Part shown: one piece after another, positions 1-13,023 of the stretch
Numbering within the stretch: the stretch's first letter is position 1
How the letters are laid out: every line of letters begins with the position of its first letter
Origin: Octopus sinensis
Taxonomy: Eukaryota
NCBI RefSeq assembly: GCF_006345805.1
Contig: NC_043004.1
Coordinates: 16,182,001 to 16,246,000, forward strand
Direction: 5' to 3'
DNA length: 64,000 nt
Made by a program: the position numbers and the translations under genes
The notes under the pieces: model-generated
The model's input: the letters and a program-made list of their open reading frames with translations, nothing else
The model's database searches: none
Told to the model about the DNA's origin: nothing

Positions 1-1680
1 CACATGCACGCCTACACACATACATACACACATACATAACATACATAAACACACACACATACACATACACACACATACGCACACACACATTTACTTATAC
101 ACATGCACACACACACATACATACATACACCCGTACACATACACACACACATACCTACATACTCCTATACGCACATACATACACACAGACATACACACAT
201 ATACACTCACACAAACATACACACACACACTCACCTGCACGCGCACACACATGCATGACAAACACCCATACACTCACACTCACATACGCACACACCAACA
301 TAAACACGCACACGCACACACACACCTACACTCCCACACACATACACACACGCACCTACATACACACACGCACGCATACACACGCACACACACGCATACA
401 CACATACATTACACACGTACAACACACCCTACATACACATGCATACACCACACACACACACAAACATGCACGGACACACACCCCACATACATACATACAC
501 CTATATACACACGCCCACACACCTACATACACACACATATACACAGGCCCACACACCTACATACACACACATACATACACACACATACACGGACACACCA
601 CCTACATACATACTTACATACATCACCTATACACACACGCCTACACACCTACATACACACACATGCATACACACACACACATATACGCACATACAATATA
701 CCCACACACATGCACACACACACACAACCCACATGCACATGCATGCATGCATGCACACGCGCCACCCTACACGCATACACACACACACGCACGCACACAT
801 ACATACATACACACACACATACATACACCCATACATGCATCCTACACACACATACATACACATTCACACATACATACACACACACTCACTCACCACACCT
901 GTATGTACGCGCACACACATGCACATACACACACTTCCACACCCCACACGTACATACATACACACTCATACACATACACACACACACACACACGGACATA
1001 CATCTATGCACACACATATATACACACATACTCACATACATTCATCGGACCACACTGACACCCAGACATACCACAGACACACTCACACATCCACACACAT
1101 ACATACGTACGCGCATACTCGCAGGCGCGCGCGCACACACGCGCTTGCGCCGGTTCGCGCGCGCATACGCGCTGCATGCGCCTCGCTCTTGGGCCCGACG
1201 AGACCTCCCGCTCGTTCCTGGGACCGTCGCTGTCGTTGGTTTTCCCACGCCCGTCTCCGCGGGACCACTCTTCCATCTTCCCCTCAGCTGGAGTCCTTTT
1301 CCTTAACCCCCCTTTTTTGTTACACACCACGCGCACACATATACACACCCACTCACACACACACATTGCTTAAATAATACATTACTCTTACACACATTCA
1401 ATCCACTCACCATTAATACTACCACGACACTGGACACACACACACACTACACTCACACACGCTGGCACGCTACATACGCCCCCACCCCTTCCCCTCCCTC
1501 CCTTCCTCCTTCCTTCTTTTTCTACTACTGACCACTGTCTGCTATGCCTACCCACTGTCCTCGCCCTACCTCAACGCCTACACACAGACGCACACACTAA
1601 CACATACATATATTTTTTTGTTTTTTATCTCGCCTCACACACACACACATACACACACGCACACACGCACACACTCACAC
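1..1680. repeat. Complex degenerate (CA)n/(TACA)n microsatellite tract, probably noisy consensus
   Basis: Almost entirely CA/CATA/CACG units; source of the His-Thr and Cys-Val-Tyr ORFs in the track. Confidence 0.9.
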
Positions 1681-1963
1681 ATAACACACATCTGTTGCGT
1701 TACCAACCTTGTCTCCACTCTTTTGGCTTAAAAAACCTACTTTGCTCTTGTTACGTAAATTCCGCCTTTCACCATGTGTAACTCGTAAACACCAGTCGTT
1801 TTTTTCTCTATCTCCTGTTTTCCTCTCTCTTCCTTCTTTATGTTTCCGACGAAGAGCTCCGCTCGAAACGTCATACCTCCTGCTTCCATTTCCTGAGCGC
1901 CTATTATAATAATACTGTAATTGTTCCATGTTGTTGTTTTTTGTTTTCCCGTTTGGATTAAAA
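1680..1963 (+). mobile_element. Short PLE-terminus-like fragment carrying an HHR-like motif
   Basis: Flanked by microsatellites; contains CCGACGAAGAGCTCCGCTCGAAACGTC; downstream part (TTTCCTGAGCG...GTTTGGATTAA) recurs at 43085-43205. Confidence 0.55.
1842..1876 (+). ncRNA. Minimal type-I hammerhead-like motif, U4C core variant
   Basis: GUUU CCGACGA A GAGC UCC GCUC GAA ACGU C AUAC; 4-bp stem II, palindromic ACGU stem III, stem I with one mismatch. Confidence 0.5.
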
Positions 1964-2117
1964 TTATATATATATATATATATGTGTGTGTGATATGTAT
2001 ATATATATATATATGTATGTATACATATATATATATATCATTTATATTATATATATATATATATGTCTATATATATTTATGCACATACACACACATACGC
2101 TCTCTCTCTCCCTCTCT

Positions 2118-2158
<41 letters not shown>
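1964..2158. repeat. (TA)n/(CT)n/(CA)n compound microsatellite
   Basis: Direct inspection. Confidence 0.9.
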
Positions 2159-2159
<1 letters not shown>

Positions 2160-2960
2160 AGAATATTACATTAGGACTAAGCTCCTACGAACGAAACAAC
2201 CGCAAACAAAAATGATATATTTACAATTGTTTAATAGAGATCGTGTTTTCTTTAATTCGATACGTATTAACAATAAATTGGCAAACCCATACATTTTACT
2301 TCTTGCTGTTGTTTCTTCATAGCATTGCCTTCTTATCATGCATAAATAATTACGCTGATCTTCGTCTTCAGATCGGATTATAAATGGTGAAAAACATAAA
2401 TTCAAAGTGCACATGGGATAAATAACAATACTGAATAGTCGCAATAGATTATGTCCTAAGGAACGAGAATGACATTTTGAAAGATTATTTTCTTGCTACA
2501 GCGTAACGTACCAAAGATACAAATCCAAATACATCTCGAGTCAATAACAGGAGTGACTGCCACCACCAATCCATATATTGTGAACATTACCTTGTCTCCA
2601 AGTACGACAACATCTCTTGAAATACTAAATTGCTTGGCTGTTACCAAAGTGGCTTGTAAGCAGAGGACAACAGCCAGCCACTAGAGTAGACCATTACCAG
2701 ATTTGGGTAAGCCGAAAATTTTCTTGACGCAACGTTAAAACTGGAAAGATATTGTTTCAGACCATACCACAAAACAAATGAGAAGTTAGTGTGTGTACAT
2801 ACAAAATCGAACTACCAATCTCCTATAGTGGGGACCTTAGCTGAAAATCTTAATAAACAGATATCCTCGTTATCTTCTGAAGAAGATGCTTTTATGAGTA
2901 CAGCTGGGTGTTCTAATGAGGCGCTTAAAAATTGTAAGGTTCTCTGATAAGTTTAGATAC

Positions 2961-3185
2961 ATAGGACCACTCCGTCGGTCACGACGACGAGGGTCCCAGG
3001 TGATACGATCAACAGAAGAGCTTGCTCGTGAAATTAACGTGCCCTTAACGTGTACCCTTAACGTAGTTCTCATGGGGATTCAGGGTGACACAGAGATTGA
3101 CAAGGCTGGCCCTTTGGAATACAGGTACTACACATTTTTGCCAGCTGAGTGGACTGGACAAACGTGAAATAAAGTGTCTTACATA
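2961..3185 (-). mobile_element. SINE fragment (cephalopod-type family, tRNA head missing)
   Basis: GGACCACTCCGTCGG...GTGTACCCTTAACGTAGTTCTC...GCCAGCTGAGTGGACTGG...GAAATAAAGTGTCTT matches a recalled octopus SINE body; no database check. Confidence 0.6.
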
Positions 3186-3548
3186 AAAGCATCGTGCTTA
3201 CAGATAGTAAGAAAAGGAAAAGAAATATTTTATGGTCAAACCCAGTATTTAATCTAGCAGTACAAATTGATATAGCTAGGGAATATTGTAATTTAATAGA
3301 TCCCCGTAGGGCATACAAAATATTGTACAGAAAATACTGAATAAGATATGTGTTAAGGCTACTGATACAGCTTGCAAAAATGTCTGGTGCTATATCAGAG
3401 GTTTAATAGCACGCAGCTGAATGGAAGAGAGGTGCCAACTTCTCCTTGACAAAGACCATGCAACTGTTCAATTCGTGAGAATTGTCCACTCGTCAAAAAC
3501 TCTCAGGCAAAGTCTTTAGCACACAGTGCAACATTTGAAGCAAATATA

Positions 3549-3613
<65 letters not shown>

Positions 3614-3615
<2 letters not shown>

Positions 3616-4128
3616 CTAGCAGTATCGCCCGGCGTTGCTCGGATTTGTAAGGGAAATAACTATATAAGCATTTTTAGAGAGTTACTTCCCTTATAGATGT
3701 CAATTCGGGCTTTCTTAGCCATTTCTGTTTTGGTGTCTTCAAGCCATGAAGCCGTTGTTCTAAAAGAACGCTTGTCTCCTTGACAACGCTTTACGACGTT
3801 GATTTCCTTACACTCCCTTCCCCACAGCTTCACGAGGGAGGGAAGAAGGGGAGAAGCAAACAGGTGCAGGTGTGACCATGGACGCCAACTCCGCCGCCAT
3901 CGACACACAAAAAATTATGCATTAAAATGGAATAAAAAATGATGTTAAATTATTTTTAAAATCGTAAACTCATCGTAGACGCGCGCTAATACTCAGACGG
4001 GCTCGATATGAATCACGACTATAAGATACCCGAATTTGGTTAAACTGCACCGCAAAATGTGGGAGTAGTTAGGAATCTAAATCGAATGGGACAGACACTC
4101 ACACAACTACAGTTTTATATATATAGAT
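3614..4128 (+). mobile_element. Non-autonomous Helitron/Helentron-like element
   Basis: Starts TACTAGCAGTATCGCCCGGCGTTGCTCGG and ends TTTTATATATATAGAT, termini typical of DINE-1/HINE-like elements; inserted in (TA)n. Confidence 0.6.
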
Positions 4129-4420
4129 ATATATATAAAATTAGAAAAACACCACTTTTTATCAATTCAAAATGAACAATTAAATTACACCATCTAGAAA
4201 ATTAGATATAATTGAAATATTAAAATTAAAATAACAATAAAATGTCAATGATTAAGTAAATTGCAAAAAATAATAAAAACGCATATAATTGGTATATATG
4301 ATATATATATATATATAATTACAAATAAGGGTGAAAAATTGGATATTAATTTAATAATACAATCAATTTAACACCAAGTGGCTTCGCGCATAAAAACCAG
4401 GGATACAATAAAAAATTATA

Positions 4421-4945
4421 CATAAATATAAGAGAGTGACCACTATATGGTCGACTCTAGCGCTAAAAATAGATCCGCTATGGTATTACCCACTAAGAAT
4501 TGTTTCCAATGAGAATTAACACGACATTTAACGTAAACGAGGCAAGGGAAAAGCAACGAAAATATAGATTAACTCTGGACAATTGTTTCGCTATTAATGT
4601 AATATGCAATTTTACTTAAACAACATCTATAGTTCATCAGCAGAATTTGTCTAAAATACAATTTATTAAATCGCACGCTAAATTTCAACACAACGTCAAA
4701 CACACGTGCGGTTTAATCGATTGTACTAGCAGTTATAATTCAAATTCCTCCGCCAGAACTGCGATAAGACTTCCGGAAACGAATACTGCATAAAAGATTT
4801 ACTGCAGTAAATTGTATTTTAGACAAATTCTGCTGATGAACTATATTTTCGTTGCTTTTCACTTGCCTCGTTTACGTTAAATGTTGTGTTAATTCTCTTT
4901 GGAAAGAATAGTCGACCATATAGTGGTCACTCTCTTATATTTATG
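4421..4945. repeat. Nested foldback inverted repeat
   Basis: Arm pairs 4421-4456/4910-4945, 4504-4567/4841-4904 and 4629-4665/4808-4845. Confidence 0.85.
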
Positions 4946-4964
4946 TATATATATATATATGTAT

Positions 4965-5008
<44 letters not shown>

Positions 5009-5012
5009 GTGT

Positions 5013-5050
<38 letters not shown>

Positions 5051-5499
5051 CATGTGGATATATGCATTCATACATGTAAGCATATTACTATACTCACACA
5101 ATTAAACTCAGAAATACATGTACGCTTACACACACATGCTTACGTAAACTTGGGCACCTGTGAAATGCGTAATACATATAGTGAGAGAAAAAGGTAAGAA
5201 AGGATGCTATGTGTATGTTTTCAACGTGCGAGTGTGTATGTGGTGGCGTGTGTATTGCTTTTGCATGTGTTGATGTTATGCGTGTCTTTCTGTGAATGAT
5301 TCTTTCCAATGAAAACATGGTGGAAAACATTACAAACTGCACCTACTATTTTTTTGCCTCTACTATCAGTGTTACAATCGGTATTTCTACATTCGGCGTT
5401 TTATCTACAGAGACGTAGCAATATCTATTTGAATTTTCTTTTCAATGTTCATTCAAAGAAACTTCCTTTCACATTTATAATTACATATATGTTAATAAT

Positions 5500-5674
5500 A
5501 CATACCTACATACAACCCCCCTACACACACACACATACATATATCATATATATATATATATATATATATATTTATGTATATATCTACATGTATATATATA
5601 TATATATATATGTATATACGCATATATACACATATGTGTAAATATATATATGTAGGTATATATATATACATATG

Positions 5675-5734
<60 letters not shown>

Positions 5735-5735
5735 G

Positions 5736-5790
<55 letters not shown>
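5500..5790. repeat. (TA)n/(TG)n compound microsatellite
   Basis: Direct inspection. Confidence 0.9.
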
Positions 5791-8700
5791 CTTATTTACT
5801 GATTTGATCTTGAAAGTGTTTCGGTCACATATTTACATATTTAATATTTAAAATTATAACGGAAAAAGTACACCAAGCTTCGAAATTATAATATATATCG
5901 AGGGGATCAACGTTCGGAATTGTTAATGACACTTCAACACTTGAAAAGTTATTTCTCACACAACAAAGGAAAAGTAGATGTTACTTACGTTATCTTTTAA
6001 CACATCTTTTATTTGTAAAGCTCTTCTTACAGTAACAAATATCTTCGCATATTTACAAAGTAGTATTTCCATTTGATACTTTGGTTTTGCTCAACTATAT
6101 AATAGCCACAATTGCTAGCCAATTATAGAGCACAACTGAAAGGTGGATTCATTTCCATTTTCCTACTTCGTGATACGATTTTCCATTACACTTTACTCTT
6201 TTTTTTTTCCGTTTCTTGATAATTAGCCTATTTGGACCGAGTCTTAACAGATCTAGGATTAAAGCTGTTCAGTCCATGGCGATACCGTTGCCAGTTTCTG
6301 ACAGCGAATATCTATTACATAATTCGAAATGCCTTTCCTTTTGAGGAATACAATGTGATTGTTAGTTTCAACAGGGTAACAACTACGTAGAGATCTCCTT
6401 GCTGCTACGTTGCTTTTAAAATGATAATGAGCTTAACCGATAATGAGCTTAGTTAATTCTTAAATAGCTCTCCATTGGCAATTGGATGAAGAGCGCAAAA
6501 ATCGTACCTCTCTTGGATGAACATTAAATTCCTATACTAAGATTTACATAGTTCCCTAAACATTTTATTTAACAACTAATTAATTAGCATTGTATATATG
6601 TCTGCATGTGGTTTCTCTCTTTTGGTTTGTTATTTGTTTTGTTTTGCATGTATCTGCTATATTTTCATTATGTTTGTATGGATTATTCTAATAGTGTTCG
6701 TTTTAAATGGTATTTGCTCTTTCGTTATATGTCATTGTTTTTTTAGCATTTATTTCAATTTCTGATTATTTATACTATCACTATATGACACAACCAGATA
6801 GTAGGCTATTTCCATTTCGTTTATGGTATAGTTTGAACATTTGACGACTTCCAAATTTACTTCAAGACATCAGTCATTAAGTATATAAAACTTTGTGCAA
6901 ATACATCATTTCTCATCAACGCCAGATTCTACTCTGATTATGGAACATGACAGTTTATCTGGATGTAATTGATTAATGGTCTTGGAATATTGCTTACTCA
7001 TTTCATTATAAAATATTCAGAACAATCTGCTGTTTTTTCTCTCTTGTTTGTTTTTTAAAATACATTTAGGTAGACTTTAAAAAGCCATATTCACTACGGC
7101 TACGACAGAGTAACTTTAATTAATAAATTTATCGCAGATACTTTGCACAAGGCTCGCATTATATTCGATTGATTAGGAAATAATCTTGTGACATCATGCG
7201 TGAGAAATGTTATCTGAAAATATATAAACTTCCAATAATAATCAATAAAACCTTTTGAGAAAATTCTGTCTTTTAATTGCAGTCTTTGACAAAACAAGAT
7301 CTGCAAATTACTTAGTGTGCTGAGTTCATTCTAAGATATTGTAAACGCCGAGATATCATCGACTACCTGTTTTGAAAATAGAGACTTCCAAATTCCGAAG
7401 ATTGCAGTCACTATTTCCAGTTGACCACCACTTCTTGCAAAGAACATCACAGTGTTTGGGGCATAACCATCACACGAAATGTGAAACAAGCGTCGGGATA
7501 TTCATGACTCAGAGCACATGATTTTAACTTTAAAAAAATTTCTATTAAAATTTATCCAATACGAATGGCAAAATTTTTGATTGTTAGTCCGTCCTCCCAC
7601 TTAGTGATGATTAACCTATATGACGTTTTAGACAAAATATTAATTCCTTTATAGAATATAATATATATGGCTCGTATACTCGGTTTCAAAATAGGACAAG
7701 CAATAAATTGTTGCATTTGACGTTTAGATATCATTGAAGTTTATGTATTGTGATACGAATGAAATTGTATGGTTATGGTCGGAAATGCCAATAAACAGGC
7801 ATTTGGTCAAACTGATGGGTTTGTTAGCATTTAAAAACTTCAAAAGAGATACCTTCGAATTACAGAGGGAATGTGGAAACGACAGGAAATATATGGCCGA
7901 AATTTGAAGAAAATAATTATTCGTTTATGGTGTTTAGCTTAGATCAGTTATTTGGCGTAAGTACTGGTTTCCGTAGCCAAGGAGAAAGCTCTTATAACGA
8001 ATTACAGAATGCTCTATCAATAAATGGAAGAACGTGTACGGCATTTTAAGCGAAAAATGTATATATGATTATATGGAATAAAAGTTTTGAAAAATAGAAG
8101 ACTATAGCATTAGAAAGGTCTCTGGTTATTTCATAGAAGGTATAATTTAGAAATATCGGAAAATAACATAAACACTAGCCTACTAATGCAATCTAAAGAT
8201 ACCAGACAACTCTTGGAATTCCAACATACGATCTCTTTATATGAAAGGCGAACGGGATATTGTAGTATTACGGGGAATGGATAACAATAGAAAATTAATG
8301 ATATTGCAATACCAAATATTGCTGAGACCAAAGTTTTGAGAAATAAAGACGAGAAATTTGAGAATATACACAATTTCAAACATGGTAGTGTCATTACATT
8401 ATAACGGAAGTGAACAATATATACATGTGTGTGTATGTATGTGAGTGTGCTTGTGTGTATGTGCGCGTGTTTGTGCGCGTATGTCTCTGGGTCTGTGTGC
8501 CTATATGCTACTGTATACATGTATGCGTATATGTATATGTGTATATATGTACATATGTGTGTCTGCCGCTGTATGTTGTATCTTCTCTCATAGTGATCGG
8601 ACAGGTGTAGAATTGATGTAACATGAAACAGTGAATTGGAAAAAAATGTTGCTAGATATCATAGCTAGTGTAGCAATAGTCACACTGGCCAAAATGACAA

Positions 8701-8849
8701 GAAATGTCCACATGATCTAAAAGTGAAAGTGAAAACCACACACACAGTCTCGCTGCATACTATGACTGAGTTTACTCAAACTCATTGTAAAAGCATGTCT
8801 ACACACAATAGAACGCAAAAATATAAGCACATATGTATAAACATGAAGT

Positions 8850-8942
<93 letters not shown>
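8850..8942. repeat. (GATA)n tetranucleotide repeat, ~23 units
   Basis: Perfect tandem GATA run. Confidence 0.95.
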
Positions 8943-8943
<1 letters not shown>

Positions 8944-8975
8944 CATTTCAAATTTCATAGATATAAAGAAATATA

Positions 8976-9180
8976 CGATGGGGTATTCTCAAGTTTTATG
9001 GTTAACATTAAAGGCTTGGAGGCCCGACTTTCTGAGTTCTTTTATGGGGCTTACAAAAGTCCTAGTACCGCTGCAATAAGTGTGTGAATCTGAGTGGGGA
9101 ATACGTTAAATAAAATCGTAATTAACTGATCCCTCGATATTTTTTTTACCCAAGGCCAGGAACTTTTTAATGCCCTCACC
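8976..9180 (+). mobile_element. Internally deleted mariner derivative (MITE-like)
   Basis: Degenerate TIRs with TA flanks; retains transposase C-terminus-like TGCAATAAGTGTGTGAATCTGAGTGGGGAATACGTT; second copy at 44829-45037. Confidence 0.65.
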
Positions 9181-9184
9181 TATA

Positions 9185-9718
9185 TATGCGGCCATGCTGA
9201 AGCACCGCCTTAAAGTGTTTTAGTCCAAAACTTCTACCCCAGGACTCATTCTTTGTAAGCGTGTTAATTATTCTATCGGCTAGTTTCCAGGGACAGAAAC
9301 ACACCACTATTGGTTATCAAGGGATGGTAGTAGGAGGAGTTTACGAAAAAAAAAAAAAAAAGGACGAAGACAGGTGGTGTACAAAACAAACAGATGTATT
9401 AGTATAACGCTCAGGAATAGAAAAAGTCTTTTACGTTTCGAGCCTACGCTCTTCTACAGAAAGGGACACAGGAAAAACAAGGACAGAAACAAGGAGAGAA
9501 AAAATAGGACAAGCATAGCTACAAAGACACACGCACACACATAAATATGTATATACATACACAACGGTCTTCTTTCAGTTTACGTATGTCAAATCTAATC
9601 ACATTGCTTTGGTAGGCCCTAGGCTATAGTAGAAAACACTTGTCCAAGGCGCCATGGAGTGGAACTGAACATAGAACCATGTAGTTGGGAACCAGGCTTC
9701 TTACTATACAGACATGCC
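9185..9718 (-). mobile_element. tRNA-derived SINE interrupted by a PLE-terminus fragment
   Basis: tRNA-like head at 9640-9718 homologous to 11763-11832 and 58735-58835; 3' part GCGGCCATGCTGAAGCACCGCC at 9188; foreign segment at 9340-9525. Confidence 0.7.
9428..9463 (-). ncRNA. Minimal type-I hammerhead-like motif, CUGUAGA core variant
   Basis: CUUU CUGUAGA A GAGC GUAG GCUC GAA ACGU A AAAG; perfect 4-bp stems I and II, palindromic ACGU stem III. Confidence 0.55.
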
Positions 9719-10488
9719 TATATATATTGTTGAGGTTTAATTGAATCTTAATATTTCGCTCCCTCTACGATATCAGAGACGTCTTTTTGCATTGGCCAAA
9801 ATATTTCATGGAGATATTTCAAGATTCATCTTCGTTTTTGATCAAAGAACTGTAATTTTCTTCCTAATGTGCAGAGAATTGGATTCTGTGCAGATCTTTG
9901 GCTTCTTTTCAGTATTTCCAGCATTGCCCCTTGCAAATCGATACACGCAAAAGCACCCGTATATATTGTTAACGTTCCTCCTCACGTCCTACAGAGCTGC
10001 CATCGTGTTCTTAATGCTTCTGCCTCATGTTAAATTGGTTATGTGAGGTTCACCACCACTGTGATGCTTAGCTATCTTCTGTATATAGTAACTATCTCTT
10101 TCTCATCATGTAGCACAACTTCAACTCTAACTGTTTCATATACGTTCGGAACCAATCAGATAATTAATGAAATATTCCGAAACCATAACTACGCTGTAAG
10201 CGTTATACACAATCCGAAGAATTACTACATTCTTCGGACTGCCAACTAATGATTACATTCTGTTGAAGACAAACTGTCACAAAACAATCAAAAGAATTTC
10301 AGAAATAGAACTTGAAACAACAAAACAAATCTCTTTACAAAACAAACTTCTGCTGTACTGAAATACAATTTTTTTTATTTCCTTAATAGTTGTCGTTTAC
10401 CAATTTTTATGCATTATATTTTATTAAACCGACACGAAACTAGAAGACAATTCCTGGTTTGCTTTGAACCCGTAAACACATGGTTTCG

Positions 10489-10572
10489 GAAGAAGAAGAA
10501 GAAGAAGAAGAAGAAGAAGAAGAAGAAGAAGAAGAAGAAGAAGAAGAAGAAGAAGAAGAAGAAGAAGAAGAA
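10489..10572. repeat. (GAA)n trinucleotide repeat, ~27 units
   Basis: Perfect run; gives the poly-K and poly-E ORFs. Confidence 0.95.
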
Positions 10573-11762
10573 AAAAGGAAGGAAGAAAAGTGCGCTAACA
10601 AATCCGCTTTTAAATATTTTAGATATCTATTTCAAACCCTAACCCTAAATGACGCAGAAAATAAGTAAACAAAAATATAAAAAAAGCAACTGTTTTTATT
10701 GGGTATAATTATCCATCTGCTGATTTTCTGGTACTGTTATTGATGTATCCCGTATGTTGATGCTTATTTCTTTGTATTTTAAGCCGTTTATACCGTGAAA
10801 TATTGCACTGATATCTCAAAGTAATTATTTAATTAGAAATCTTTTGAAATTTGTTTTTAAGCAGAATTCTCAAATGGAAAACAAGCATAATATTTCATCA
10901 AGAACATTTATAAAGAACAGCTGTAATAAAACCAAAAACATTGAAGTCTGAAACATATTAAATGCATTTTGGTGCAGAGACAACTATCAATTTACATTAA
11001 TAAATGAATAAATGTTTGATCGTTTCTTCCCTTTCTTCGCTAATTGTATAATCACTAAGAAGAACGCGGAAAACATGATAGAGGATTAGGTAAATAAGAC
11101 ATTGAAAAATGAGCAGAGAATCAAGGAGAATGAAGAAAGATTACTGGGAAAATGCAACACATAACATGAAAAAGATGTTGCCAGCATCATTTTCATCGGA
11201 TCTGAGTCAGAAGTATGTGATTGTTTTGCTGCAGTACTTTAGTCTACGGGGGATTGTCATGTTAGTCACAGATTATAATCTCTCCAAGGCTAGTAATTAG
11301 AGATAACTGAGATAAATTAGTGCTATTATTGTTTAAATTCCATTGCTGAAAGTTAACAGTTTGATGTAAACACCAGGGATGCGGATGATATTGTTTACTG
11401 TAATGGTAACAATATCCAAACAGCTGTTACTATTGTGATACTGTGGATGTTTGCGGCGGGGAGAATGAGAATTACTAGCAATTGTCTGTTAGTCATTGCT
11501 CAGAATCGACTACTCCCAAGTTGTAAACGTTGACAGAAACGCGTTAGTGTGTAGCACTCATAGACTCTAAACAAAAATGGAGTCACTCTGCTTACTCAGA
11601 ATCTATGGGTTCAGTCATTTGTTAAGGTTGTTCTACATTAATAGGTATAAATGTAACAATGAGTATGCTTATATGTGTGTATGTGTGTTTACGTGCGGGC
11701 GTCTGTCTACCTCGTTCTCTTTGTCAGCCTGTGTTTGCAAATATGTGTGCGTGTGTGTGTGA

Positions 11763-11832
11763 ATAGGCTCAGGAGTGTCTGTGTGGTAAGAAGCTTAGTT
11801 CCCAACCACATGGTTCCGGGTTCAGTCCACTG
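11763..11832 (+). mobile_element. Isolated tRNA-derived SINE head
   Basis: A-box-like TGTGTGGTAAG and B-box-like GGGTTCAGTCC. Confidence 0.65.
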
Positions 11833-11901
11833 AATGTAATACCGTTAATTATATATTATATATATATATATAATACATGCTTCATCTATAGCAACTAAAC
11901 C

Positions 11902-12316
11902 GGATCTTTTCGGTTTGAACGGCAGTTTTTAACATAATTTCTAGGTAACTAAAATATTTTAAACTTCGAATACTGGTAGAATGTGTTTATAAAACATCTT
12001 TTTCTCTTGGCTTTATTGAGAAAATTCTATAGTTTGTAAGATATTTGTTGTTTTCTTTTCTTCAATTTCTGCAATTTTAATCAATCAATGACGTGAAATT
12101 GAGGTGAAAACATTCTGTGCCGTGTGAATATGTCCCTCGTTTAAGAAACAGATTGAGTTTATTTACATTTGTGAAGAAAAAAATATACCCTTCCCCCCAC
12201 CCCTGACCCTAACCCTAAAACAGATTGAAATGCAATAGACCGATACTGCGGTCATAATTATGGGTGACAATTTCATGACACCGCTAGAAAAACTGCCGTT
12301 CAAACCGAAAAGATCC
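11902..12316. mobile_element. MITE with ~28-bp TIRs and a probable 8-bp TSD (hAT-like)
   Basis: GGATCTTTTCGGTTTGAACGGCAGTTTTT / AAAAACTGCCGTTCAAACCGAAAAGATCC; flanks ACTAAACC and ACTAACCC. Confidence 0.8.
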
Positions 12317-12930
12317 ACTAACCCTAAACAATTCAGTGACAAAAGATGGGCCGAACCACTGGGAAATAAACACGACATCAATATTAACATGCGAACCTGA
12401 GTTAGCCAATTGCCCACTCATCACTTGCAGCCAATTTTAATGTAGAGATAATTTTAGTCTTGTATATATATTAACAATTTTGTAAGCAAACCTGTAGGCG
12501 GTAACTTACAGAGAAGAATGAAAAAGACTTATGAGTGTCGCACCTCTCCGTAATTTACAGCCTTCGGGTTTATTTACAAATTTATAAATATATATATTAA
12601 AATTGGGTGAAATAAATGGGTGGGCAATGTTGCTGTATTGCATGCGTACAGAGCCGTGTAAGCATTGGTGTCATGTTCAATTTCTAGTGGTTTGTGCCAT
12701 CTTTTTTCAGCAAATTATTTAGGTTTAGTCGCTTTAACTGGAACATATCTAATTATATAAATATATAATTCTAGTTATTACAAAGGACCTATGTATGTCG
12801 CTCTGCTCCGTAATTTACCGCCTTCAGCTTAGCTTACAAATTTATATATATATGACTGAAAAAAGTAAAGGAACAAAAGAATATATACAGAGAGAAAGAG
12901 AGATTCGCAGACACACACACACACATACAT

Positions 12931-12961
<31 letters not shown>

Positions 12962-13023
12962 ATTAAGCAAAGTAGCTACTCCTAAAATCTCAAGACGTGA
13001 TAGAGTAGTAACGTTTACTAAAA

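Noticed and set aside
91-1377. Long His/Thr-rich and Cys/Val-rich ORFs (up to 351 aa)
   Set aside because: Translations of (CA)n repeats; no coding signal
2499-2707. Exon-like segment with acceptor and GTAAGC donor
   Set aside because: Stops in all three plus-strand frames
4490-4520. CTAAGA ATTG TTTC CAAT GAGA hammerhead-like string
   Set aside because: Two core changes and no stem I pairing
4831-4850. CTGATGA matches here and at 13965, 20622, 30948, 49793 and 61871
   Set aside because: No stem II plus GAAA plus stem III arrangement follows
7100-8400. Possible ancient transposase remnant
   Set aside because: No motif or TIR I can identify
10636-10650. Interstitial telomere
   Set aside because: Only two CCCTAA units, shared with a MITE motif
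10409-10668. Poly-Lys and poly-Glu ORFs
   Set aside because: Translations of the (GAA)n tract
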